From Blepharisma stoltei ATCC 30299 (lineage: Eukaryota > Protista > Ciliophora): DNA of 64,000 nt. Positions within the stretch are counted from its first letter, which is position 1. Each line of letters begins with the position of its first letter. The notes under the pieces were generated by a model, which saw nothing but the letters and a program-made list of their open reading frames with translations, was not told where the DNA came from and did no database searches. The position numbers and the translations under genes were made by a program. Positions 1 through 11,001 of this stretch are shown in pieces. Location: assembly GCA_965603825.1 (NCBI GenBank), contig CBFDEM010000004.1, forward strand, positions 620,001-684,000, given 5' to 3'.

Positions 1-525
1 AAGGTCTCTATGTATTATTCCTGCACTATGCATGTATTTGAGACCCATAAGGATTTGATATAAGAAGAATTGACAATGCTCGTCTGAAAATACTTGCGGA
101 GATTTTATTATAGCACTTAAATCAGTTTCCATAAGCTCACTTATGACATAAATTTCATCAAATTCTTCTCGAGAAGTTGGCAGCTGTATGGAAATTATTC
201 TCATAATATTATCGTGCTCCAAGAGTCTTAAAATTTTAAGCTCTCTTAAAGTTCGCTTTGTAAACGTTGAATGCTCAAATGCTTTTTCGATTTTTTTTAT
301 AGCTACACGTTCGCCTGTAAGAGTGTCTCTTGCAGAGACTACTACTCCATAGGCACCACTGCCTACAGTTCCAATAATTTCATATCTTGCATCAATTAGG
401 AAAGTGGCTCCTATTACATTAACTTGTTTTTTGTTCACCATGGACGGGCCGCCAACATGAGAAAGTGCGTAGGGGTTTCTAGTAGGAGGTGATGAATTAG
501 AATTAGTTCTACTTTCAGACTCCAT
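1..525 (-). CDS. MAP kinase (5' part; truncated by window edge)
   Basis: Not in ORF track. ATG at 525 reads MESESRTN...VGSGAYGVVVSA...VAIKKIEKAFEHSTFTKRTLRELKILRLLEHDNI...ELMETDL...FFLYQILMGLKYMHSAGIIHRDL, which are MAPK subdomains I-VIb. Confidence 0.93.
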   Translation of the reverse strand, partial: MESESRTNSNSSPPTRNPYALSHVGGPSMVNKKQVNVIGATFLIDARYEIIGTVGSGAYGVVVSARDTLTGERVAIKKIEKAFEHSTFTKRTLRELKILRLLEHDNIMRIISIQLPTSREEFDEIYVISELMETDLSAIIKSPQVFSDEHCQFFLYQILMGLKYMHSAGIIHRDL

Positions 526-717
526 TTTTGTCACTTTTATATTTGAAACATATGAGTGAAATTCTTTTATTTGCACCTGATAATTATTCAGAAAGTTTCA
601 CATATAAATGAGATACTTTTGTGTTTGCAATAATAAATTTAGCATAAATGAAAGACAAAAAGAGAAAAATAATTCTTGTAAGAAGCTAAAAATTAAGAAA
701 ACTGAAATTTAATTATA

Positions 718-2478
718 ATGAGATCACTTGTATTTAGCATCTCCTTTTTATTAGGAGTGGCTTACACTGCTTTATTTTTTTATCTGCTGAAGAAATCTTA
801 CAATTTTATACAGTTCAATGCTCAATGGATGTTCGCAAAAATTTTTTATGTGGTTTTGATGTTTTTCTCACTTTTTAGGCTGATCTCGTTTTGAGCAATT
901 TGCTTTTTTACATCTTACATTCTAGATCGAGCTCGGCTTTCATATGTGCTGCTTTCAATACCTGAATCTCTCTTCCTTTCAAGCTTTTTGGTGCTTTTTT
1001 GAATTTTGGCAAGCGTCTATTATTACACACATCTTATGTCTTATAATCCCATAGAAGGACAAATCCGATACCCTAAAAGACTGAAGAAACTTGGCGCAGT
1101 TGGGCTAATTATTAGTGCACTATGAGTTATCGGAGAAATTATCTTATATGCGTTATTCGCTGGACGCTTAATTAGCGTTTCTTCAATGGAATTTCAATTG
1201 ATGATTTCAAATGTTGCCGCTTTTGTGCTTATCGTGATTTTCTATTGCTATCTTATGTTTGAGTACCGAAACAGCTATTGCAAATCAAGCGATGCCAAAA
1301 AACTGTCAATACAGGTGCTAAGAGTTACTCTTATTTGAGGGTTAGGCCGTGTTCTTCACATCTTATTTTACTACACAGAAGCATTAGATTTCAGCTCAAA
1401 TGACGTTCATCCTCCATTTGATACCATGAGTGAGAACATTCCAGCTGCAATTTTGCTATTGGATTACTTGGTAAACGAAATATTTTGCATTTATTTAGTA
1501 TTGAGGAAACAATTTTTTTATATTTACTCGTGTGATATAAATTCGCTTCCTACCACAAATTCGTTTCTTCCTAATAAAACAAACGAGGATTTTATTGACC
1601 CTTCGATGATAGAAGATCCCAATGATTTTAGCTGGATAAATAGTTATGATGATCCGATAATAAAAGAAGAAAATATACAAATCCATATAAAAGTGCCTAG
1701 TAAAAAGCAGCTTTTGGGGATAATTTATCGAGGGGTTTATAATGGGCATCATGTATTAATCAAAAGAGTCAAATTCACTAAAATCAGCAAATATATGATA
1801 GACCAGCTTATACAAGAAGTGGTCATCACTAAAAGACTTGAAGGAACCCATCTATTACCTTTAATAGGCATCAGCACTGGCAGCTCTCACATTGATTTTG
1901 TCAGTCCCTATATGACAAATGGCTCTTTATTTTCAGCAATTCATCAAAGGAATTCTTTTTTCTCTTATAAAGATAAGCTAAGAATTGCAAGGGAGTTAGC
2001 ATTTTCTCTCAGAAATTTGCATTATCAACGTCAGATTCATGGCCACTTGACTTCCCATAACGTGCTATTCAATAAAGACTGAAAAGTTTTGGTAAGTGAT
2101 GCAGGAATCGAATATTTCAGAAAGTATGCAGGATTGGTACTTAAATATTCTAATAAATCTGCATGAAGCAGTCCAGAGCAGCTAAAGGATGAAACTGAAG
2201 TTGTAGCCACTTTTCATCCAAGCGACGATAGCTATAGTTATGGGATGATTTTATGAGAATTATTCACAAATCAAGAACCCTTCCCAAATATGCATTGAAC
2301 AAAATTTAAAAACATGGTAAAAAGAGGCTATAGACCTAGTGTGCCCAAATCTGTCGGAGATGGGATTAAAGAACTTATATTAAGCTGTTGGAATGTTGAG
2401 CCGAAACTAAGACCAGGATTTTCTAAAATTTATATGACTGTGTGCATGATTGAGGCACAAGACCCAGCTGTTCAATAA
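718..2478 (+). CDS. 7-TM (THH1/TOM1/GPR137-like) domain fused to TKL-type pseudokinase, 586 aa
   Basis: One frame from ATG718 to TAA2478 if TGA=Trp (TGA at 892, 1000, 1123, 1336, 2080, 2164, 2254, 2296). Seven hydrophobic segments, then a kinase fold with VLIK, HGHLTSHN, DAG, SYGMIL[W]ELFT, CWNVEPKLRP. Confidence 0.85.
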
Positions 2479-2542
2479 AAGTGTAAAAATAAAGATTAAC
2501 TAATATGATATGGTGCCATTAATGTGGTGAACTAATATTAAT

Positions 2543-3649
2543 ATGAAAGCTATATTGGTTTCATTGATCCTAGTCTCTGTCTTGGCAACAGTTGACATTC
2601 CTTTAAAGCCAATCCACGAGACTGCAGATGAGCAATTTGCTTACTTCCACTTCGTCAAGCTCCGAAGACTTCTCAGAGGCAACAGTGTTCCACTCACCAA
2701 CTACGTGGATGCCCAATACTACGGCCCAATTTCAATTGGAACTCCTCCTCAGTCTTTCCAAGTCGTTTTTGACTCAGGATCTTCAAACTTATGGGTCCCA
2801 TCCGTGAAATGCACATCAATTGCTTGCAAAATCCACAATACCTATAACTCAGCAGCTTCATCAACTTATGTTAAAAACGGCACAGCAATTTCAATTCAAT
2901 ACGGGAAAGGCGCTGTTTCTGGCTTCATCTCACAAGACACTGTTACTTGGGGAGGCTATCAGGTCAAGAATGTTTTGTTCGGAGAAATGACAAGCCTTCC
3001 TGGGACAACCTGGATTTCCAGCAAATCTGATGGAATTTTGGGAATGGCATGGGTTGGTATTTCTGAGGACTCTACCCCACCTGTTTTTACCTTATTATAT
3101 GGGCAAGGACTTGTAAGCAGCAATAGCTTTGCATTTTATTTGACTAAGACTGCAGGACAAACTGGAAGCACCCTGACACTTGGAGGATTTAATGCGAACT
3201 TATCGAAAGGGGATTGGAACTACGTTCCCCTTTATCAACAGCTTTGGTGGCTCATTAACATGGACGGTATCAACGTTGCTGGAACTGCTATTACAGGCAC
3301 TAACATGCGTGCAATTGTAGATACAGGCACCACCCTTATTGTTGGAGACAGCAAATTGGTCAACCAAATTATCGCTAAAATCCCAACAGTTGCTGAAGAT
3401 TGCTCCAATCTCTCCAAGCTTCCAATAGTCAACTTTATCCTTGGAGGAGTCACTTATGCATTACCACCTACAGCTTACGTTTGGCAAGTTCCTAATGGCT
3501 CTGCTAATGAATGTCTCCTTGGATTTGAAGCAGCAGACCTTGGTGAAGAGCTTAAGAACACCATTATTCTTGGAGATCTCTTTATCAGCACTTATTATAC
3601 TCTTTTCGATATGGGCAATAAGAGAGTTGGATTTTCAACAGCAGTCTAA
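2543..3649 (+). CDS. Secreted/lysosomal pepsin-family aspartic protease (cathepsin D-like)
   Basis: Signal peptide, YYGPISIGTPPQ, FDSGSSNLWV and IVDTGT catalytic motifs, ILGDLF. Confidence 0.96.
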   Translation: MKAILVSLILVSVLATVDIPLKPIHETADEQFAYFHFVKLRRLLRGNSVPLTNYVDAQYYGPISIGTPPQSFQVVFDSGSSNLWVPSVKCTSIACKIHNTYNSAASSTYVKNGTAISIQYGKGAVSGFISQDTVTWGGYQVKNVLFGEMTSLPGTTWISSKSDGILGMAWVGISEDSTPPVFTLLYGQGLVSSNSFAFYLTKTAGQTGSTLTLGGFNANLSKGDWNYVPLYQQLWWLINMDGINVAGTAITGTNMRAIVDTGTTLIVGDSKLVNQIIAKIPTVAEDCSNLSKLPIVNFILGGVTYALPPTAYVWQVPNGSANECLLGFEAADLGEELKNTIILGDLFISTYYTLFDMGNKRVGFSTAV

Positions 3650-4652
3650 GTAAACATTGATTTAAAAATAGAATGTTTTAATAATTTTCTTGCTTATAAA
3701 ATGAGCAAGATAGTAAGTTCGCTTTTAGTTTCAAATAATCTAAATACTAAAATGGAAGAATTAAAATCTATATCAGTGCTCGATAAATTTAATTAGACAG
3801 CTCTTAGTATTTTATATTGTAATTTATCTTTAAATTTGAAACCTTTTCCAGCACATTTCTGATTTATTGCACATCATGCTAGTATGATTTTTAGTTTATT
3901 TTAAAATAAAAATCTAATAAGCAAATAATGCCGTTATGCTTAAGCCATTGTTTATATCTTCTACCATAAATCATCGTTTCTAAAATGCTTTTTGAAAATA
4001 ATAAATCATTATAAGATTATCATTTTATTTGATGATATGGTAAATTATCAAAACTAAAACAAGTACAAATTGCTAGAGAAAGATTCTTACTTAAAAATAG
4101 GATAAAAATTGGAAGAGTTAAAAATTTATTTTAAATCGCAATACAATAATATATATTAGCTCTAGGATTGCACTAATATATTACTCTGCACATTTTTGCT
4201 AAAAAAATTCAGTTCTAAGACAAATAGCAGGTTTATCTGATGAATTTGATTTCATCATTTATAGAGCGATATGCTATATTGAGACTTAAAAATACAATTT
4301 ATCTCATAATTAATAACTGGCACTTTTAACCAAATTTAATTGCTATAAAGCATGCCTTTTTTCATGAACTATAATCTGGGATATAAAATATTAATTTAAT
4401 TGCATAGCCAATAAAATCGTGATATTGTATAAATATTTTTCTAAGTTATCTATCTGCTCTAATTTCCCTTCAAAATGTTAAGCTACCCATCAACGCTTCA
4501 GTTCAAGATAAAATTACCTATGCAGCCTTCATAGCGTTCTTTTCTAGTAAATTAAATTTTACAATATTTTAATCAGTTTAATCATTATCTCATAAGTTGG
4601 TATTTTCTTGCATATTTCTTATAATTATTCCCCAAATGACTTATAAATTAAA

Positions 4653-5435
4653 ATGCAAATAGAAGAAGAAAAAGGAAAGGAAAATGAACTGAGTATAATG
4701 CCTCAGCCCAATAATCAAGGAATTGATAATCGTCTTAAGCTGGGCGAGTATATATGTAAAAATAAAGCAACTTTTCCTTATGAATTAAGCAAAATTAGTG
4801 AGGATAAAGAAACCATAGTAATTTATCTCAAGCATTTAAGGCTAGGCACAATTGGTGCAGTCCATCTCTCTGTTCTTTTAAACTTCTACCCAAGGCTTCA
4901 AAGACTTAACTTAGCAGATAACATGCTTTGTGCATCAGGAATGAACTCTTTAGCTTCAGCATTATCAAATCTTGTAAACCTCATAGATTTACACTTAGAA
5001 ATGAATTTCATGAAGGATGGGGCAAAATCGCTTGGAATTGCTTTAAAAAGTTTATCTAAACTAGAAATTTTGAACTTGTCGGACAATGACATCGATTCTG
5101 AATCTATAGTAGAACTTTCTAGAGGGCTATCACATTTAAAAAAATTAAAAGTGTTGAAAATGAATTTTAATTCATTTAAAACTAATGGGACTATTGCTTT
5201 CGCTAATGCTTTGGTTCAGATGCAACAGCTAGAAATTCTTCAGCTTTTTTGCTGCGAAATTGAGACTCAAGGAGCTTTAGCACTTTTTCAAAATTTCAAA
5301 GAATGCAGGTCTTTAAAAAATGTAACAATGGGGAAAAATGATGATATTGCTTCAAGTTTGAGAGGTAAAATGAAGAGAAAATATAAGTTTGTCCATACTG
5401 GAGTAGATGAACCAGTAAGGTGCGAAATATTTTAA
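4653..5435 (+). CDS. Leucine-rich repeat protein (RI/NLRC3-like repeats) with C-terminal CaaX (CEIF)
   Basis: Repeated LxxLxLxxNxxxxxG units of about 28 aa; ends CEIF-TAA. Confidence 0.85.
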   Translation: MQIEEEKGKENELSIMPQPNNQGIDNRLKLGEYICKNKATFPYELSKISEDKETIVIYLKHLRLGTIGAVHLSVLLNFYPRLQRLNLADNMLCASGMNSLASALSNLVNLIDLHLEMNFMKDGAKSLGIALKSLSKLEILNLSDNDIDSESIVELSRGLSHLKKLKVLKMNFNSFKTNGTIAFANALVQMQQLEILQLFCCEIETQGALALFQNFKECRSLKNVTMGKNDDIASSLRGKMKRKYKFVHTGVDEPVRCEIF

Positions 5436-5804
5436 CTTAAACGGAAGTTTAGACTTATAAATCGCCTCATTAATCCGGTATCTCTTAAAATGTTTTACAC
5501 AAAATAATTCATTTAAAAATATTTTTAACTTTCTTCTCGAAAAGTCATAACTCAGATTTTTAAAATAATAGTTTATTTGATATGCTCCCACTTTACTATT
5601 CCATATGCAAAATTATTAATTTTTATTATGGTGATTAAAATCGCATTTTTATTATGGTTTTTTTATCTAATATCCATCAGAAACTTCAATTTTGACAAGA
5701 TTTATTTTTATTTAGGGCTTTAAGAGGAGCAATTGTATTTGTTTGTTACTCATTCCATTAGATTTTTAAACATTACAATAGAGAAAATACAAAATTTTAA
5801 GAAT

Positions 5805-6500
5805 CTATTCATAATCTTTATTTTTGCTAAATTGAACACAAGCAACTTGCTTTGCCTTGACATTAAAATTGTCAATAACCAGTGGTTTGATATCAAAACT
5901 GGCATTATTTTCAGGCATAATAACTAAGAAAAACCACCCATTCCTATAATGCGAAGAAACCTCGTTTGCTTTAAGCTTGAAATTTGCAGAAAAACAATTT
6001 TTCTTTTGGTTCCAGCAGAGGACAGTTTTGGTATTTCCAATGAGTGGTGGCTTACCTGCTTTGCTTACTGTAAGCTTTACAGGTGGATTTTCAGCAAGAT
6101 AAAGTGCGGCTTCAAGCTCAATCTTAAACGATTTGTCTAAATGCACATCAGTATTAATTTTTAAGTCAACGCTAACGACGAAAGTCTTTTTCTTACAGAC
6201 CGGAATTGTTACACCCGAAGCTAATTTTAGCGAAAATTGGAAATTTCTAGTTGAAGTAAGTTGCCATATCAGCTCTTCCTTAGTAGGAGGACGACTAGAA
6301 GGATCCTTTCAGTTATAGCAGTGGTTTTTAAGCATCTCGAAATGGGTTAATAGCCCAGTCATGTCCTCATTAAGACTTTTAGAATAGAGACACATCGCCA
6401 GTAAATGTTTATTATTGTTCTCCAAAGCATTTATCATCGATTCATTAGTAAAGTCAGGTTGAGACTCTTGAAGGTAAGGAGTAAAAAGGTAAGTTTGCAT
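5805..6500 (-). CDS. Uncharacterised protein, tandem paralog A (231 aa); possible Ig-fold DNA-binding domain
   Basis: ORFs 6309-6500 and 5805-6146 are in one frame, joined across TGA6309; TAG stop. Clearly similar to the gene at 7515-8219. Confidence 0.8.
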
Positions 6501-7514
6501 ATTTTATCAATAATTATTTTAATATTTTTTTTTAATTTAATAAAAGAGAACCAAAATTAAGGAATTATTAAGCGAATGAAAGTCTATCTTATTAAGATCA
6601 ATCTATTACTAGCATCTTCGATCTGCCTCAAAAATTTTTTACCATATTGAAATGTACAGTAAGTAAGTAAATAGTTGGAATTTAAAATATTTTAGGCAAC
6701 AGTAAAAATTATATTTATCTAAATTGTAACGGAGTGACAGAAAAGAATAGAAATAACAATAAGTTCATAAGCAAAGTTAATTGTGCTTAGGTAATTGCAT
6801 TATAATGCAAATATTTTTTAAATAGTAACTTATAGCAAAAAGAGTAAAAAACTAAAAAATATAATAATTATAATTAATTATTCAACCTCATTATCTCTCA
6901 AACGAATTTTATCATCTGTGTGTAAATCTTCTATAGATTTCTTATAATTATGCAAAAAAATTTTTTGATAAATTATAGCATTGGCTCTTTAATTAAACCT
7001 TCTTTATTCTCTTAGCTATTATTTATAAGCTCTCTTTAAACATATAATTAAAATTTAATGAATTGAATATATGATTATACAGCTTTTTATTAAATATAAG
7101 TTAATCATTGACAATTATTATTTGTTTAAATCACCTCTAAAATCCTGGGTAAATGAAATTCTAGATTTTTTGAAAGAATTCCATATTTATGCATAAAGGA
7201 AACCATTTCTAAACTTAGATTTTACATTTATTTTAATATTGCAAAATGCTCATTTGACGAGTTTAATTATTTTTTACTTATTTTTATGATTTTCTTAATT
7301 TTAAAATATTTTATTTTTTACCAGAATCTTGACTTTACAATTCTCGTATATTTGCTATAGCCTCTGCGTTTTCAATATGAGATTTCTATAAGTTAAATCT
7401 CTTAAGAATGTGCTAGACATAGATCCTGAAGCTCTAAAAGGAGCAATCTAAAAAGAAATAGAAGTAAAAAATCATAAAAAATTAAATCTATGCAAATCGA
7501 ATTTTCGTTAGAAA

Positions 7515-8219
7515 TTAATTCACCTTATAAAGATCTATTAAGGGATAATACTGCTTTGCTTTAACGTTAAAATTGTCAATAATAAGGGGCTTAATATCCA
7601 GCCCATAATCCTTACCAGCTGTAATTACCAAAAAGAATCACCCATTTCTATAATGCGAAGAAACCTCATTAGCTCTTAGCTTAAAATGAGCAGAATGGCA
7701 GTTTTTCCTTTGATTTCAACTCAATTCTGCTTTTGTATTCCCAGCCAAAGGTTTTTTACCAGCTTTTCCTTCTGTAAGCCTCTTTGGTGGATTTTCAGAT
7801 GTATAAAGTTCACAAAGCAAGTCAAGTTTGAAGGAAGAATCAAGCACAGCCCCTGAGTGAGATATCAAATCAACACTCATTCCAAAGGTTTTTTTCTTGC
7901 AAATAGGCATCTGAAGCTCTGAAGTTAACTTTAAGGAAAACTCAAAATTTCTGTTTGAAGTCAATTGCCATATAAATTCTTCTATGGTTGGGATACGGCT
8001 TGATGGATCCTTTCAGTTGTAGCAGTGATTTTTTAGTAGTTCAAAATCGGTGATTAATCCAGACATCTCATTTATTAGATTTCTTGAATGTAGGCACATA
8101 TTCATGATATGATTGTTATTATTTTCTAATGCATTTATTAACATTTCGTGAGTAAACTCAATATTGTGACTGGAATTTTTCATGAAAAATTCTTCTTTGG
8201 CATAATGAATCTCTTTCAT
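7515..8219 (-). CDS. Uncharacterised protein, tandem paralog B (234 aa)
   Basis: Frame runs through TGA8013, TGA7716 and the TGA in NG[W]FFLVI. At the latter two positions paralog A has TGG. Shared blocks MINALENN, LKNHCYNWKDPS, ANEVSSHYRNGWFFLVI, IKPLxIDNFNVKAKQ. Confidence 0.8.
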
Positions 8220-9229
8220 ATTTTTATTTATGAATGGGTAACATTTTTTGTTTAAATAATTAGTCTAAAAATTCCATAATCTGAATTTATTGGTAAATAA
8301 ATCCAAACGATATAAAAAACTTAAGCTTTTATATATTACAATTAACTTAAATAAATAAGGCACTATCATATTAATATATGATAAGAGTCAAATTTGTAAA
8401 ATAATAGTGATACTTTCTAACTTATTCAATTAAATTCAGCTTTCCTTGCCAAGAATAATAATATTACCCATCAAAAATTTAAAATAAAATAAGTAAAATC
8501 TATTTTATTTAAGAATAGAACGCATGGCAACAGCTATAGTCAGAAAAACTTTTGTACTCAGGTGTTATACATAATACTATTTATAAAATTAGAGGCATTA
8601 ATGTATAATAGGCAAAAATTTCGAGAACTTTCAAGGTACATAAAGCTTGAAGCTCAATGAGATGATGTCGAAATTCTTTCATCTTTATGACTGCTATACC
8701 CGAATTTCATGCAATTTTCCAAAAAAGCCTTTCTACACATAGCTATAATTATTCTCTTTAGTAGTTGGCGTAGACTTAAATTAGTTGAGTTTATTAAGTA
8801 ACAATAAATAAACTCGCGAAGTATCTTAAAGCATTACTGAAAAGTTCATGCTTTAATATCGGTTACTCGGTCTAAGAGTGGACTTATTATTTACTGTGAG
8901 TAAAGTCAAATGATTTAGAAATTCGAAGAGCTATTATATTAGATCGCGGTATTTCGAGATATTTAGATAGAGAAAATATGCTAAATGAAGCAATAAGTAT
9001 TTAATACAAACTCAATAGTTCGAACTCAAAATCATAATTGCTAGTGCTAGGACCTCTAAAGTTATATATTTTCATTTGTTTTAAGCAGTTCAAAAGCAGA
9101 GGGTAAAATACTAGAAACAAACTGTGATATATGAATAATTTGGTAATGTTTCAATACCTCATTATCCTTTTGATAATTATGATTTTACAATATTATAAGA
9201 ATTAAAATTATTTGATCATTATTGAAGCC

Positions 9230-10832
9230 TTAAAAACTAACTGGATGTGGAGTATGCCTGATTCTGGGACTACTATCATTTTTCACCATTTGGAGTGAAA
9301 TAAATTCACATAACTGCTCAGAGTAACTTTGTTTTTTCTCTTTAAGCTCTTCAACTCGAGTTTGAGCGTCTCGATAAATAGAATATTTTTCTTTTTGCTG
9401 CATATACAGTTCTTTTAATTCTTGTTCGATATAATTCAATTTTTGTTGGCAATCTGCTATGTCTTCTTGTTTAATTTCGGTTATATTTAATTTATTTCCA
9501 GTTTTGGAGGACAAAATCTTTTTCATTTTACCTGGAACTAATTTTTTAAAAAAAGATTTGGACTGTTTGAACTTTGTTTCCATATCTTTTAATATCCTAA
9601 AATAATTTCTTTTTTTCTCTGCTAATGACTCTATTTCTTTTTGTACATGTAAGAGTTCCATGCTTACTGATAAATGATGTTTATGCAAAGTCTCTAGATC
9701 AATATCTAGCTTTTCCAACTTTTTTTGAAACTCCTTTATATCTTTCCTGGTAGGTGGGTCGATGCTTGACAGCTGTGACTTCGCCCATCGTAGCATGATC
9801 ATTTCTTGGTCTGTCAAAGTATGCGTATGCTCTGCTGCTTGCATTTTCAAATTAGCTTGATCCTTATAAAAATTTTCTTCTATATTTTTCAGCTCCTTTG
9901 AACTAACCACAATCCCAAATCCTTTTTCTAATAAACTTTTATAATCTAAATGTAACTCTTTCTGTGTATCCCTCAATACAAATGAAATTTCTTCCACATC
10001 CATTTGAAGAAACATCGGTTTTAGCTCTTTCAATATCGCAATGCTGACCTTTATTATAACTTTCCACCCTTCCAAGAAAAAGCAGTCCCAAACTTTTACA
10101 AGAGTGCTAAAAGGCAAATAAGTAGAAAATAATGTCATAAACCACCGCGTAATAAAAAAGCTGCTAGTAATTCCTGCTCTTCTAAAATGAGAATAGAGGT
10201 CTGGGAGCAAAATCATAAAATAATGGTTCATTTGATGCTCTCTCAAAGAGAGATCAGGGACTCCAGGCACAAACATGTTCTCCATATCCCACTTTTTGAT
10301 TACCCCTAGAAGCAGCCAAAAGGCGACTTCTTCGTTTCTTACGACTTTCAAAATGACCGAGGCCAGAAAGTTAATTCCTTGGCAGTACCCAATACTTGGC
10401 TTTACATAGGCTAAGGCTAGCAAAATTCTAAAAAGCTTTTCTTGTTCTCGCTTAGAGTTAGCGACAAGAAGGGTTCGTGGGATATCTTTGGCGATATCAT
10501 TTTTAACAGTGTCAATGTTTAATCCTATTTCTTCTAAGCCTTCACCTAGCTCAATGCGCAACTGAATAAGCTCATAAGTATTAGCGGTTGGATCTGAAAT
10601 TCTAAGAAGTTTTCGAGAATCTTCCTGAACTCCTAATTGTATTTTACGTGTAAAGTGGACACTGATAAATTCAGTACTTGGCTCTGACTTCATCTGGGAG
10701 GTCACCTCTTCATATACTAGACTTTATTGCTCGATCAGCTTTCAAACTTTTATTATGGCTCTTATTTAAGACGTATAAGCTCGCTATTTCACATGTATTG
10801 AGAAACTGAAGAATCTCGCTTCTGGCAAGCAT
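9230..10832 (-). CDS. TBC-domain Rab GTPase-activating protein with C-terminal coiled coil (~528 aa; one 16-nt intron required)
   Basis: ATG10832 frame gives ...I[W]RGDLPDEVRAKY[W] (TBC IPxxxRxxxW motif). The downstream frame has IAKDIPRT (Arg finger), GYCQGINF (Gln finger) and WFMTLF. The two frames differ by 1 nt. Confidence 0.88.
10632..10647 (-). other. Putative 16-nt GT-GG tiny intron (GTAAAATACAATTAGG)
   Basis: Removal restores the TBC frame (PLYT|VQEDSRK); A at -6. The nested 15-nt GT-AG form does not restore the frame. Confidence 0.5.
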
Positions 10833-11001
10833 ATATTTTTTTTAATAAACATTAAAAAATTCAAATAATTTGGTGATGAGTATTCGCATTATACGGAAAC
10901 AGCCATTATAAAAATATTCATATAAGTATAATGTTTATTATAGCATTGAAATTATCTTTTTCCCAAACATTATAAGGTAGATCATAATATTTTTATTATC
11001 A

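Noticed and set aside
6576-6705. 37-aa micro-ORF with a 16-nt intron-like GTAAGTAAGTAAATAG
   Set aside because: No homology cue; plausible by chance in AT-rich DNA.
7535-7551. Possible 17-nt intron GTATTATCCCTTAATAG at the 3' end of paralog B
   Set aside because: Not needed: the unspliced frame ends at a length similar to paralog A, and 17 nt is outside the 15-16-nt sizes seen here.
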